This document shows positions 8,727-18,561 of a stretch of 64,000 bases of DNA, piece after piece. Within the stretch, counting starts at the first letter, position 1, and the number at the start of each line of letters is the position of its first letter. Below the pieces are notes generated by a model, which was not told the origin of the DNA, made no database searches, and saw only the letters and a list, made by a program, of their open reading frames with translations. The position numbers and the translations under genes are program-made. This DNA comes from an uncultured Acidobacteriota bacterium (GTDB lineage Bacteria > Acidobacteriota > Thermoanaerobaculia > Multivoradales > JAHEKO01). The stretch is from the NCBI GenBank assembly GCA_963713825.1, contig CAVQNG010000003.1:1472001-1536000 (forward strand), given 5' to 3'.

Positions 8727-9704
8727 TCAGGCGCCCAGAATGGGTCGCCAGAGCTCTTCAAGGGTTTCGGCAATGCCTTGTCCCTCGGGGACCCTCTGCA
8801 AGTGGTACAGCGCCCTTCCCAGAGTCGGAGGAATGAGGGGAAGCCGGGCTGGATTGCCCCGTCGGGCAAAGGCCTCGAAGGTCCCGACGACCTTGATCGT
8901 CCTCTGGACGGCCGCACGGTGGTAGGAGAGTCTCTCCGATTCATCGGAGAGGCAGGAGGCCAGCAGGGCGTTCTCCGTCTCGGGCGGTGGGAACAGGCTA
9001 TCGTTGAGAAGGGAGGCGAGATCGTAGAAAGACGGTCCGGCTCGTAGGTCCTGGTGGTCGAGAACACCCACCTTGCATGACGGGCCCATTGGGACCAGGT
9101 TGCGGGCCATGAAATCCCGATGACAGACAACCTGCGGCTCATTGGACAATTGCTCGCAGACTTCTGTCAGGGCCTGCCAAAGCAGCCGCGATTCGTCGGG
9201 GCTGCCAGTCAACTGCCGGGGTGTCAGGTAGATCTCCCAGGTCTGCCGAAGCTCAGCGATCAGAAGATCTCGATCGAGAGCTGGATTCAGGTCGAGGGCC
9301 GTCTGCAGCGGCAGACTCCGGATGCGGCGCCAAAGAGAGATCGACTGTTCGAAGTAGGGAACGAGAGAGTACCAATCCTCTCCTCGTCGATCGTACAGCG
9401 TCGAAGCTCCGAGATCTTCGAGCAGCATGAAGCCTACGGCGCAGTTCGCCCCCAGAATGGCCGGCACTGGGACGGCCAGGTCTTCGAGGAGCTTGGTGGT
9501 GATCTCGAAGCGAGTGCAGGTTTCTTCGAGATCGGATGGGTAGTAGGCCAGGATGGCCGTCTTTCCACCGCCAAGATCGAGGCGAAAGTACCGACGAGGC
9601 GACACATCGCCGACTAGATGCTCGGCTCCGATCACCTCGTATCCGAGCGAGGTGAGCCAGGTATTCAAGAGCGTCGATTTGGGAAGCTCTGTTGACGGAT
9701 CCAT
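8727..9704 (-). CDS. Aminoglycoside-phosphotransferase-fold kinase (AmgK-like)
   Basis: GDVSPRRYFR, LLEDLG, HRDFMARNL, LDHQD, YDLASLL motifs; start uncertain (9704 or 9764). Confidence 0.8.
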   Translation of the reverse strand: MDPSTELPKSTLLNTWLTSLGYEVIGAEHLVGDVSPRRYFRLDLGGGKTAILAYYPSDLEETCTRFEITTKLLEDLAVPVPAILGANCAVGFMLLEDLGASTLYDRRGEDWYSLVPYFEQSISLWRRIRSLPLQTALDLNPALDRDLLIAELRQTWEIYLTPRQLTGSPDESRLLWQALTEVCEQLSNEPQVVCHRDFMARNLVPMGPSCKVGVLDHQDLRAGPSFYDLASLLNDSLFPPPETENALLASCLSDESERLSYHRAAVQRTIKVVGTFEAFARRGNPARLPLIPPTLGRALYHLQRVPEGQGIAETLEELWRPILGA

Positions 9705-9910
9705 TGCTAGTTGCTGTTTCCGGCAGTGAGGAGTCGGAGTGCGGGTGTCAGACTGCGGATTCACGGCTGGTTGCCACGGCCCCGAATGCGACTCGCGCCA
9801 GACGGTAGCATACTCGGTGGTGACCTGATTGACAGGGGTAGGGGGGCAGTGGATAATCCAGCCAGGTTTCGCAGGCGAATCATCGATGTTGATGGACTGG
9901 AGTTAGCAGA

Positions 9911-10204
9911 GTGGACGCCAAGCTTCGAAGACTGCTGCAGGAACTCAAGGGCGCCATTTCCAAGACGCTCACCGAGTCTCCCGATGTCGAGCGTTCTATG
10001 CAGCGCATTCGAAAAGAGGGTTGGTCGGTCTACCTGGTCGTCGATCGCAAGAGGGAAGACGAGACTCCCGAGGGGATCGAGTTGACCGCTGAAAGCGGAT
10101 CGACGCCAGATGTCATCTTTCGCATCGACAGACAGGACCTGGCGTTTCTGAGATCGATCGGCATCGACCCCACCCGAAGGCTGCGCCGCCGCCGACAGTC
10201 ATGA
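9911..10204 (+). CDS. Small hypothetical protein
   Basis: Only compact ORF in the gap; helical N-terminus, C-terminal D..FL.S.GI pattern; GGAG upstream of GTG. Confidence 0.65.
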   Translation: MDAKLRRLLQELKGAISKTLTESPDVERSMQRIRKEGWSVYLVVDRKREDETPEGIELTAESGSTPDVIFRIDRQDLAFLRSIGIDPTRRLRRRRQS

Positions 10205-10205
10205 G

Positions 10206-10907
10206 CTAGGACCCTGTGGAAGGGTTTCTCCAAACGAGGGTCCAGTTCCGCCCGGCGCGCGGGCCCTCCCGCCGATAGCTCCACAGCCGTTCGACCTCGC
10301 AAGAGGTACACAGCGGCAGGCTCGTAACCTTTCGAATGCCGGCGGCTGTCAGCTGGTACCTGGCGGCCTGCAGCAGATCCAGATGAAGGGCTCCGGAGGG
10401 GCGACGGACCACGACCTCGGTCGAGCTCGAAGCGGCGACTTTATCAGCTACATCTTGACCAACCTCGTAGCAACAGACGCCAATTCCAGGGCCGATCCAA
10501 GCCGCCATTGTCTCAGGCGAATCGGTCATGTGATGCAAGGTGTGGCGCAGAATGCCACCTTCCAGGCCCCGCCATCCGGCGTGAACAGCTGCGCTCTGAC
10601 GTCGCCCGCTGAGAATAACGGGCAGACAGTCGGCTGTTGCCACTCCCATGGCAAGGTCGGCCTGGTCTGTGAAGAGGGCATCAGCCTCGCCACAAAGCCC
10701 TTCAGAGGCCTGAACTGCGGTAGACGAGTGGACCTGGCGTAGCCGGGCAACACGGTCTGGAGATCCTGCCAGGAGGGATAAGACACTCTTCAACTGCGTC
10801 TCGGGGCCGCGGCCAACGAACCGAACCTGGGTGTGAGCGTCCTGGTCTCGCCATACCCAGTGACCACCCGTGGTTCTGTTTGCTTGCAAGTCTTTCTGAG
10901 TTCTCAT
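10206..10907 (-). CDS. pgeF: Peptidoglycan editing factor PgeF / YfiH family
   Basis: QVHS, EADAL, TADCLPV, HAGWRG, GPGIG.CCYEVG, CT...SYRR motifs. Confidence 0.9.
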   Translation of the reverse strand: MRTQKDLQANRTTGGHWVWRDQDAHTQVRFVGRGPETQLKSVLSLLAGSPDRVARLRQVHSSTAVQASEGLCGEADALFTDQADLAMGVATADCLPVILSGRRQSAAVHAGWRGLEGGILRHTLHHMTDSPETMAAWIGPGIGVCCYEVGQDVADKVAASSSTEVVVRRPSGALHLDLLQAARYQLTAAGIRKVTSLPLCTSCEVERLWSYRREGPRAGRNWTLVWRNPSTGS

Positions 10908-11091
10908 CACAGGAATGCCTCGGGAGCCGTTCAGCTCGAAGGGCATCAGCCGATTCGGATGACGACTATAGAAGATTTCATCGAAGTGCTGGGATACCTT
11001 GAGTAAACTTGGCACGACCAGGTCGACGTTGATCGGGACCTGGAGCAGACTACAAGGAGCCAGGACGGCAGGCCTACAACGGTCGTCCAGG

Positions 11092-11844
11092 ATGAGAGTG
11101 ATTCAGTTTCTCCATGTGGGTAAGTCTTTCTCGGCTGGCCGGATTGCGCTGGACGACGTGAGCTTCCATCTCGAGAGGGGGGAGTTCGCCTTTCTGAGCG
11201 GCGCCAGTGGGGCAGGCAAGACCACCTTGCTGAAACTGATCTATCGCGAGATCGAGCCCAGCGCGGGCCAGATTCTGGTCAACGGCCGGAACGTCGCCTC
11301 CATCCCGCGCTCCAAGATTCCGTTTCTCCGTCGGACGATTGGTGTGGTCTTCCAGAATTTCCGGCTCATTTCTCGCAAAACAGTGCTCGAGAACGTCAGC
11401 TATCTGCCCAGGATCCTCGGCATGGGTCAGCAGGAAAGGAAGCGCCTGGCCTACAACACCCTGCGTCGCGTTGGGCTGGCTCACCGCATGAGTGCCTTTC
11501 CGAACGAGCTGTCGGGCGGAGAACAACAGCGCGTGACCATCGCGCGAGCTTTGATCAATCGTCCAGAGATCCTCATTGCAGACGAGCCGACCGGCAATCT
11601 CGACCCGGAGCTGTCTTGGGAGATTCTCAGGCTCTTTCTGGAGATCAACGGTAAGGGAACCACGGTTCTACTGGCCACTCATGAGCATAGCTACGTGGAT
11701 GCTCTGGGTGGTCGCTCTCTAGCGCTGGATCGCGGTCGCCTCGTTGCCGACGACCATGTGGAAGGGCATGTAGGGGACCTCGAGTCGGACTCCATCGAGG
11801 AAGCGGAAGCTCTGTCACAGCCTCCAAGAGAGAGGACGGTCTGA
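11092..11844 (+). CDS. ftsE: Cell division ATP-binding protein FtsE
   Basis: GASGAGKTT, LRRTIGVVFQ, LSGGEQQRV, ADEPTGNLD; coupled to ftsX. Confidence 0.93.
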   Translation: MRVIQFLHVGKSFSAGRIALDDVSFHLERGEFAFLSGASGAGKTTLLKLIYREIEPSAGQILVNGRNVASIPRSKIPFLRRTIGVVFQNFRLISRKTVLENVSYLPRILGMGQQERKRLAYNTLRRVGLAHRMSAFPNELSGGEQQRVTIARALINRPEILIADEPTGNLDPELSWEILRLFLEINGKGTTVLLATHEHSYVDALGGRSLALDRGRLVADDHVEGHVGDLESDSIEEAEALSQPPRERTV

Positions 11845-12740
11845 TGCTGTTCAGGATCTTTGGCTATTTCCTCGCCGAGGCCGCAGTGAGCCTGCGGCGC
11901 GGTTGGAAAGTCAGCCTGGTGGCCATCGTGATCATCGCCATGAGCCTCTTCATCGGGGGTACTTTCCTGCTGCTTACCTCCAACCTGTCGAGAGTGGTCG
12001 AAAGCTGGCGCGGAGAGGCTCGGATCGTCATCTATCTGAGCGGCGATGAAGTGGCGAGACGAGACTCCGAAGTTCTCCAGATCGCGTCCGCCCCTTCCTG
12101 GGTTTCGGGAGTCGAAGAGATCTCCGCGGCAGAGGCACGCTCGAGATTCGAAACGACGTTTCCCAGCGTCAGAGAGCTGTTCAAAGACTGGGAGGAGGAG
12201 CCGTTGCCACCGTCGTTGGAGGTTGCGATCGAGATCGAAGGCGTTGGGGAAGACGAGCTCGACGATTGGCTGATATCACTACGGTCGGATCCGGCTGTAG
12301 TGATGGTCGACGACGATCGCGATTGGCTCCGACAGTTGGAGGCGCTGATCGCCATCCTGACCGGTCTGGGCGCCGTCATTGGCCTGGTCCTGCTGACCGC
12401 GGCGATTTTCACGATTGCTAGCGTCATACGCCTCACCGCTTATCTGTACCGTGAAGAGATCGAGGTCATGCGCCTGGTTGGGGCGACCGAGCTCTACATT
12501 CGGGGGCCCTTTTATGTCGAAGGGGTGATTCAGGGTTTGCTCGGCGGCCTGCTTGCCATGGCGGGATTGTACGGCGGTTACCTGATCCTGAATCCCCAAG
12601 CCAGTACGACATTTCTCGGCAACGTCCTGGTGGACAGGTTCCTCTCCCCGGAAGCACTCCTGTCGCTTCTTCTTCTCGGCAGTCTGGCGGGCCTCTTTGG
12701 CGCGGTGCTGTCTCTCCGACGCGAAGAGCTGGGCCAATGA
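11844..12740 (+). CDS. ftsX: Cell division permease FtsX
   Basis: TM pattern, PLPPSLEV, EIEVMRLVGAT..YIRGPF..EG. Confidence 0.93.
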   Translation: MLFRIFGYFLAEAAVSLRRGWKVSLVAIVIIAMSLFIGGTFLLLTSNLSRVVESWRGEARIVIYLSGDEVARRDSEVLQIASAPSWVSGVEEISAAEARSRFETTFPSVRELFKDWEEEPLPPSLEVAIEIEGVGEDELDDWLISLRSDPAVVMVDDDRDWLRQLEALIAILTGLGAVIGLVLLTAAIFTIASVIRLTAYLYREEIEVMRLVGATELYIRGPFYVEGVIQGLLGGLLAMAGLYGGYLILNPQASTTFLGNVLVDRFLSPEALLSLLLLGSLAGLFGAVLSLRREELGQ

Positions 12741-13080
12741 GGGTTGAGGCAACTGGGCGTTCCTTCCAGCTGGCCTTTGAGGGCTTGAGGGTTGAATCGT
12801 CCGTCGCTTGCTCCGGCCGACCTTTGACGTAGTGGGAGCCACCTCCCATTCCTCTGGAGCCCTAGGCCCTTACGCCCCCACTGCCCTAAGCCCCTATTGC
12901 CTTCAATGGTGCCAGAGGTCCGTTCGGGTGGTCCGACAGGGGGCGCCTCGTCGAGCGCAGCGCAAGGACCATCGAAGGGCACAGTCGATGAGGCGCGATG
13001 ACGAGACGAGGTGGCGGCCCGTCCGTTGGAGTCTGAGTAGCCGCCGCCGTCCCCCTGCGGGCCACCCGGATGGACCTCCT
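12741..13080 (+). repeat. Composite intergenic repeat, copy 2 (module A 12775-12827; core 12901-13080)
   Basis: Ungapped match to copies 1 and 4 (150/180 identical to copy 4 by hand count). Confidence 0.92.
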
Positions 13081-13155
13081 GTAGGGCCCGCTCAACAGGG
13101 GAAGATCTCATCGAAGCGAAGCTCTTGCCCGACCTCGGCATGCGTTTGGAGCAAC

Positions 13156-13181
13156 AAAAAAGGGGCCGAAGTGGCCCCTTT
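13156..13181 (-). terminator. Intrinsic terminator of TPR gene
   Basis: AAAAAA-GGGGCC-GAAGT-GGCCCC-TTT hairpin; U-tract on minus strand. Confidence 0.8.
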
Positions 13182-13204
13182 CGAGTACTGCGGATCGAGA
13201 AGCG

Positions 13205-14374
13205 TCAGCCCTGAGGCGGTGGACCACCCGGGAGCTGCTTGAGCTCTTCTTTGAGCCGCTCTTCCTCTTCGGCGAGGGCGCGAATCGTTTCGTTCTCTTG
13301 CTCGATTTGTTGGTTGTACTCGTCGGTCTTCCGATTCTCTTCCACCCGAGCCATCGAGGCGCTGTCGCCAGCATTCTTGTAGGCAGTGACGGCCGCATCG
13401 TAGCTCTTCTGCTTCTCGTACACGAAGCCGAGCTGCTTCCAGACCGTTACCTTGTCGGCGCTCGAAGCGGCTTTGCCCAGAGCTTGTTTGAGCGTGCTCT
13501 CCGCGGTCTGGAACTGCCCGAGCTGGGTGAGAGCCTGGCCCTGGTAGTAGAGTGGCAGCCAGTCGTTGGGATTCTTGCCGGCCGCCTGTTTCAAAGTGGA
13601 CATAGCCCCGTCGTAGTCCTTACCACCGAGTTGGGCTCCAGCCAACAGCATCAAATTGTCGTAGCTGCCGTCGGCCGAGACGACTTTCTGTGCAGCGGTG
13701 GCAGCCTTATTGTAGGCACTGGTCTTGGCATCGCCACGGCTCGTGCGGCCCTGTCGCAGGAGAGCCTGTGCATAGGTCTTCTGCTTGTTGACGTCGTTTG
13801 GATCCAGCTGAACGGCTTTGGCCAGCGCCGTCGAAGCAGTGGCGCCATCTCCAGCCCTCAAGGCGGCAGCACCGTATTGGAACTGGATATTCGCATCATT
13901 GGGCTTCGTCCTGGCGGCTCGCGCCAGCTGGTCGAGTGCACTGTCGGAGTCGCCGGACTTTTCCAGGGCGAGGGCCATCATCTGATGCACGGCAGTCTGC
14001 TGAGCTGCGGGTAGCGACGAAGAGTCGATCCTGCCGAGCAGGCCCGCCGCGTCGTTATACTTGCCAGCGCTCAAATAGACCTTGCCGAGAGCTAGCTGCA
14101 CCCCGACGTTGCCAGGCTCGAGTTCCAGAGCCTTCTGCAGGTGGGACATCGCCTCCTGGTTGCGATTCAACTTGGCCAGGGTCTGGCCCAGCATGTAGTG
14201 TCCCTGAAAGACGTCGGGTCGCTCGTCGACGAATGTCTGGAATTGTTTGGCGGCCTCGGTAAAGTCTCCCGCTTTGAAGGCTGCGACCCCTTCATCCCAC
14301 CCTGCCTCGACCACCGCGACGGTTCCCAGTAAGAGAACAGCAAGCAAGTAACTGATGATCTGTCTTTTCTTCAT
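13205..14374 (-). CDS. Secreted tetratricopeptide-repeat protein
   Basis: RBS GGAGGAG then MKKRQ signal peptide; many TPR repeats; C-terminal coiled coil. Confidence 0.88.
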   Translation of the reverse strand: MKKRQIISYLLAVLLLGTVAVVEAGWDEGVAAFKAGDFTEAAKQFQTFVDERPDVFQGHYMLGQTLAKLNRNQEAMSHLQKALELEPGNVGVQLALGKVYLSAGKYNDAAGLLGRIDSSSLPAAQQTAVHQMMALALEKSGDSDSALDQLARAARTKPNDANIQFQYGAAALRAGDGATASTALAKAVQLDPNDVNKQKTYAQALLRQGRTSRGDAKTSAYNKAATAAQKVVSADGSYDNLMLLAGAQLGGKDYDGAMSTLKQAAGKNPNDWLPLYYQGQALTQLGQFQTAESTLKQALGKAASSADKVTVWKQLGFVYEKQKSYDAAVTAYKNAGDSASMARVEENRKTDEYNQQIEQENETIRALAEEEERLKEELKQLPGGPPPQG

Positions 14375-14654
14375 TGTAAGTACTCCTCCGTCGTTGTAGC
14401 CGCCAACGATCGCACTGTGGCCGAATACAGCATGAACACACCGACCAGGGCACGCTGTCCTCAACCCTCTCGAGCCGGATCTATAGGGCCTTGCATAGAC
14501 TTCGAAAGAACCCGGATGCGACAGCAAGAGGGCGGAAAGCACCGAGGATCGAATCGACCGTCGGCGCTTTCTCCATCCTACTCGATTGTAGACGGTCAAG
14601 CGTGCCGTACTGCTGGTTAGACAGCAGTGAACCGCAAGGCTGAACGTCGTCCTG

Positions 14655-14712
14655 AAAAAGAACCCGCAGCTCCGATGTCGGAGCCCTCGGAGATCCGCGT
14701 CGGACCTCCGAG
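14655..14712 (-). terminator. Tandem hairpins downstream of tonB, possible terminator
   Basis: Hairpins 14686-14712 and 14669-14684 followed on the minus strand by a U-rich tract; spacing non-canonical. Confidence 0.4.
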
Positions 14713-14723
14713 TTTGTTGCCGC

Positions 14724-15449
14724 CTATTGGAGGCGGAAATTGACGGTCAAATTGTAGATGACCGCCACCGGCTTGCCGTTCAGGGTGGCCGGCTCGAACT
14801 TCCATTTCTTGACAGCGTCCGCCGCAGCCGAGTCCAGACCCATCGGCAAGCCCTTGAGCACCTTGACGTTCGTCACGTTGCCCTGCTTGTCGATGATGGC
14901 CTCGACGATCACGACTCCCTGAACGCGCGCTTTGCGGGCGATCTCCGTGTACTGCGGCGGAGGAGAAGTGATCTTGACTGGTGGTGCGACATCACCACCG
15001 ACGCGAATCGGACCTTCGGGCTCCTCAGGCGGCGGACCCTCGGGAATCCCGAAGATGATGTCGGTGTCAGGCATGTCGATCTCGGGTTGGTCGATCTCTT
15101 CCGGCAGACGAATGGGCTCGGGCTCATCCGGCGTCGGATCCGGGATCGGCACCTTCTTGGAACGCTGCTTCGGAATATCTTGCTGCTGCTTCGGTGGTGG
15201 GGGCTTGAACCTCACCTGCTGCACGACATAGACCTTGGTCTTCTTGACCTCGCCAGCTTCCGCAATGATCTCGGGAACCTGGATGAGGAAGAGAATGACA
15301 TGGAGAATCACGGCGCCGATGACGGCGATACGCATGATCTTCCGGTCTTCGTCGTATTCGAGTGCGAAAGTTTCCTCGGCCGATGTGGCTACTGCCGGGG
15401 CACCTTTCTTGCCTGTCTTCTGGGGTACGTCTTTCTTCTCTTGGGCCAT
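14724..15449 (-). CDS. tonB: Energy transducer TonB
   Basis: TM with His, Pro-rich linker, [14 protein letters not shown]...GL...[12 protein letters not shown] TonB C-terminal domain. Confidence 0.92.
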   Translation of the reverse strand: MAQEKKDVPQKTGKKGAPAVATSAEETFALEYDEDRKIMRIAVIGAVILHVILFLIQVPEIIAEAGEVKKTKVYVVQQVRFKPPPPKQQQDIPKQRSKKVPIPDPTPDEPEPIRLPEEIDQPEIDMPDTDIIFGIPEGPPPEEPEGPIRVGGDVAPPVKITSPPPQYTEIARKARVQGVVIVEAIIDKQGNVTNVKVLKGLPMGLDSAAADAVKKWKFEPATLNGKPVAVIYNLTVNFRLQ

Positions 15450-15454
15450 AGCGA

Positions 15455-15889
15455 TCAGTACCAGAACATGTTGATTTCACGTTGGGTCGGGATGGAGACG
15501 TTCTTGACCTCCATCCCGATCTTTTCTGGAGCTTGTCGCAGCTCATCGAACACGCTGACCATGTAACCGTACTCGGTCATCTCATTGGCGCGGATAATCA
15601 CCGGCTTCATGGGGTTGCGCTCGAGCTTGGGCTTCAAATACTCGAGAATGTTCTCCAGGGGAAGGGGCTTGTTGTCAACCAGCAGGACGCCCCCGGGCTG
15701 GATCTCGATGAGAACGGACTCTTCCTTGTCGACCAACGGGCTGTCGTCCTCTTGCGGTAGCGAGAAGTCGATGCCACGGGTTGCTGCAAAGGTGGTGGTC
15801 ACCATGAAGTAGATGATCAGCAAGAAGGCGATGTCCGCCATCGAGGCGGTGGGGATCTCATCGTTGACCGATCCGCGTTTGAACTTCAT
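15455..15889 (-). CDS. exbD: ExbD/TolR family protein
   Basis: [22 protein letters not shown] with conserved Asp. Confidence 0.9.
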   Translation of the reverse strand: MKFKRGSVNDEIPTASMADIAFLLIIYFMVTTTFAATRGIDFSLPQEDDSPLVDKEESVLIEIQPGGVLLVDNKPLPLENILEYLKPKLERNPMKPVIIRANEMTEYGYMVSVFDELRQAPEKIGMEVKNVSIPTQREINMFWY

Positions 15890-15892
15890 TCG

Positions 15893-16327
15893 TCAGCCCT
15901 CCGCACCGGAGTCAATGGTCTCCTGCTCGGAAAGCAGGTAGATCACTCGTGCCTTGGCTTGCTTGAGAGAATCGATGACACCATCGACGTAGCGATAGGG
16001 CACCGACTGATCTGCCTTGAGCACGAATTCCTTCTGCGGGTCCCGGGCGACAACATCCGCAGCGAAGGAGAGGACGTCCTCGGGATGAACCGGAACGCTG
16101 ATCTCCTCGCCACCGCTCACCCGGATCTGCCCGCTTTCGGTAATCGAGATATAGGCAGCTTTCTTGGGAATCTCCAGCCGGATCGTTGTCTTCGGCAGAA
16201 ACACCTGGGTCTTATCGACCTCGAAGTTGATGGTCACCATGAAGAAGATGATCAACAGGAAGGCGATATCCGCCATTGAAGCGGTTGGGATTCCCTGATT
16301 CTGAACCGATCGGACTCTCAGACGCAT
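15893..16327 (-). CDS. exbD: ExbD/TolR family protein
   Basis: [20 protein letters not shown]; LKAD..VPY. Confidence 0.9.
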   Translation of the reverse strand: MRLRVRSVQNQGIPTASMADIAFLLIIFFMVTINFEVDKTQVFLPKTTIRLEIPKKAAYISITESGQIRVSGGEEISVPVHPEDVLSFAADVVARDPQKEFVLKADQSVPYRYVDGVIDSLKQAKARVIYLLSEQETIDSGAEG

Positions 16328-16363
16328 GGTTTCGCTTTCCTGACGACGCCTCTATGGCGTCGC

Positions 16364-17059
16364 CTAGCTCCCCGCCGGCTTGGTGGGGGCAACAGGACGC
16401 GCACCGGCCACCGGTTCGGGGCTGATGCCGCTACGTTGCATTTCGCCGAAGGTCTCGATCAACATGTTGGTCGAGATCTCGATATCCCGCACGAACTTGT
16501 TGATCTTGCTCATAAAGAAGTTGTAGGCCAACTGCGCTGGAATCGCGACAGCCAGACCTGCGGCCGTGGTGATCAGAGCCTCTGAGATACCGGCAGCTAC
16601 GAGGCCTGGATTCGACAGGCCGGCCTCGGCCAGTGCGTCGAAGGACTTGATCATTCCCGCCACCGTTCCGAAGAAGCCGAGTAGCGGAGAGACGTTGGCG
16701 ATGGTGGCCAACCAGACCAGGTTGCGCTCGAGCCGACCCATCTCGAAGAGGGCCGCGTTTTCGATCGTCTTTTCGACGTCTTCCTTGGGCTCACCATACT
16801 TCAGCAGGCCAGCCTTCATGATCGAGGGAACTGGACCCCGATAGTCCTCGCAAACCTTGGTGGCATCTTTGATCGACCGGTTGGCGATCAGCGCCTTGCG
16901 GATCTTGGCAAGGAATTCGTTGACGTTGATCTTGGCCTGGCGCAGCGCGATAAAGCGCTCGATGATGAAGACCAAGCCGAGGATCGAGAAAATCAGAAGG
17001 GGCCACATGACTGGTCCGCCTTCTCTGAACAGCTTCATGAAAGTTCCGCCGAATTCCAC
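16364..17059 (-). CDS. exbB: MotA/TolQ/ExbB proton channel protein
   Basis: GG.VMWPL, PLLGFFGTVAGMI, GISEALITTAAGL; GTG start after AGGAGG. Confidence 0.92.
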   Translation of the reverse strand: MEFGGTFMKLFREGGPVMWPLLIFSILGLVFIIERFIALRQAKINVNEFLAKIRKALIANRSIKDATKVCEDYRGPVPSIMKAGLLKYGEPKEDVEKTIENAALFEMGRLERNLVWLATIANVSPLLGFFGTVAGMIKSFDALAEAGLSNPGLVAAGISEALITTAAGLAVAIPAQLAYNFFMSKINKFVRDIEISTNMLIETFGEMQRSGISPEPVAGARPVAPTKPAGS

Positions 17060-17297
17060 GTCATTCCTCCTCTGCCTTGAATTTAGACTCAAACGTACTA
17101 GATTGAGTTCCCGAAAAAAATTCCCCGCGCCGGCGCGACTGGACCCAGAGACGCTGAAGATTGGCTCCGGAACCTCTGGTTGTCAACAGCGAGAGTCTAT
17201 TCCTCGCCGGCCGTGGAGACAAGGACGGGATGCTAGCACAGGGTTTGCTGACCATACAAATTGGGCGGCGGGCCGCCAAGACGGACAATCGCATTGT

Positions 17298-17795
17298 CTA
17301 TTGGTCGCCGCCTGCGAGGCGTTCGAAGCGATTGCGATGGGCGTAGCAAATGGCGATCGCCAGGGCATCCGTTGCATCGGGAGAAAGCTTCCGGGTGTCG
17401 AGCGCCAACAGCACCGAGACCATTCGCGCTACCTGTGTCTTGTCAGCCCGACCGCTACCGGCCACGGCACTCTTGATTTCGGCCGGACTGTACTCGGCGA
17501 TCTCGATGTCACGACTCGCCAGGGTCGCCAGCAAGGCGCCCCGAGCCTCTGCCAAGACCACGAGTGAGCGGCTGTTGAGGCCGTGAAACGGAGTCTCCAA
17601 GACCGCCACAGGCGGGCGGAAGCGATCTAGCAACTCGGTCAACTGGTCGACCAGTGAAGCCAATCGGCGCGGGACCGGATGTTTGGCAGGGCAGGATAGC
17701 CGCCCGAAGTCGACAGGTTCGAGACGGTCTCCGCGCGCCTCGAGAAGGGCGAATCCCGTATGCCGGCTTCCAGGGTCCAGGCCGAGTATCAGCAC
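17298..17795 (-). CDS. ruvC: Holliday junction resolvase RuvC
   Basis: ILGLDPG, AEARG, EYSPAEIK.AVAG.GRADK, DATDALAIAIC; follows yebC. Confidence 0.95.
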   Translation of the reverse strand: MLILGLDPGSRHTGFALLEARGDRLEPVDFGRLSCPAKHPVPRRLASLVDQLTELLDRFRPPVAVLETPFHGLNSRSLVVLAEARGALLATLASRDIEIAEYSPAEIKSAVAGSGRADKTQVARMVSVLLALDTRKLSPDATDALAIAICYAHRNRFERLAGGDQ

Positions 17796-17811
17796 AACAA
17801 CTCTTACCGGC

Positions 17812-18561
17812 TCAGCTAGCCTGTTCCGCCAACAACGAGGCGTCGATGTCGAAGTTGGCCCAAACATGCTGCACGTCGTCGTTGTCTTCCAGGGCTTCGA
17901 GAAGTTCCAGGAGTCTGGGAGCCTGGTCGGCTCCGAGATCGACGAAGCTCTGTGGCAACATCGCGAGCTCCTTGGCTTCGAGCTCGATGCCGCGTTGCTC
18001 GAGCGCATCGAGCACCGGACTGTAATCCTCCGGTGTTGTGAAGATCTCGTAAGTCTCTTCCTCAATCGAGATGTCGTCGGCTTCCAACTCGAGGGCCAGG
18101 TCCATGAAGCCCTCCTCGCTCATCGTTTGCTTATCGATGGCAAAGTAGCCTCTTTTCTGGAACATCCAAGCAACACAGCCGTTCTCGCCCAGATTGCCAC
18201 CGCTCTTGGAAAAGAGATGGCGCACTTCGGCGACGGTCCTGTTCTTGTTGTCAGTCAATGCCTCGACGAGGATCGCGACGCCGCCAGGGCCGTACCCCTC
18301 ATAGGTGATCTCTTCATAAGTGAAGCCTTCCAATTGACCGCTGCCGCGTTTGATGGCGCGGTCGATATTGTCGTTAGGTACATTGGCAGACTTGGCTTCT
18401 TGGATGGCCGTGCGAAGCCGCGCATTGCCAGTCGGATCACCACCGCCGAGCCGCGCTGCAACGGTGATCTCTTTGAGCAGCTTGGTCCAGAGCTGGCCGC
18501 GCCTGGCATCCGTGACCGCTTTCTTGCGCTTGATCTGAGCCCACTTACTGTGACCGGCCAT
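17812..18561 (-). CDS. yebC: YebC/PmpR family protein
   Basis: MAGHSKWAQIKRKK, YEGYGPGG, TDNKNRT, DDVQHVWANF. Confidence 0.96.
   Translation of the reverse strand: MAGHSKWAQIKRKKAVTDARRGQLWTKLLKEITVAARLGGGDPTGNARLRTAIQEAKSANVPNDNIDRAIKRGSGQLEGFTYEEITYEGYGPGGVAILVEALTDNKNRTVAEVRHLFSKSGGNLGENGCVAWMFQKRGYFAIDKQTMSEEGFMDLALELEADDISIEEETYEIFTTPEDYSPVLDALEQRGIELEAKELAMLPQSFVDLGADQAPRLLELLEALEDNDDVQHVWANFDIDASLLAEQAS

Noticed and set aside
13078-13120. Variable interior segments matching downstream flanks (catcgaag in copy 2, atcga in copy 1, tgatag in copy 4), suggesting guide-target pairing
   Set aside because: Matches are only 5-8 nt and at inconsistent offsets; compatible with chance
17228-17250. 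TAGCAC-AGGGT-TTGCT sigma-54-like motif
   Set aside because: Lacks the invariant GG and points away from the neighbouring minus-strand genes
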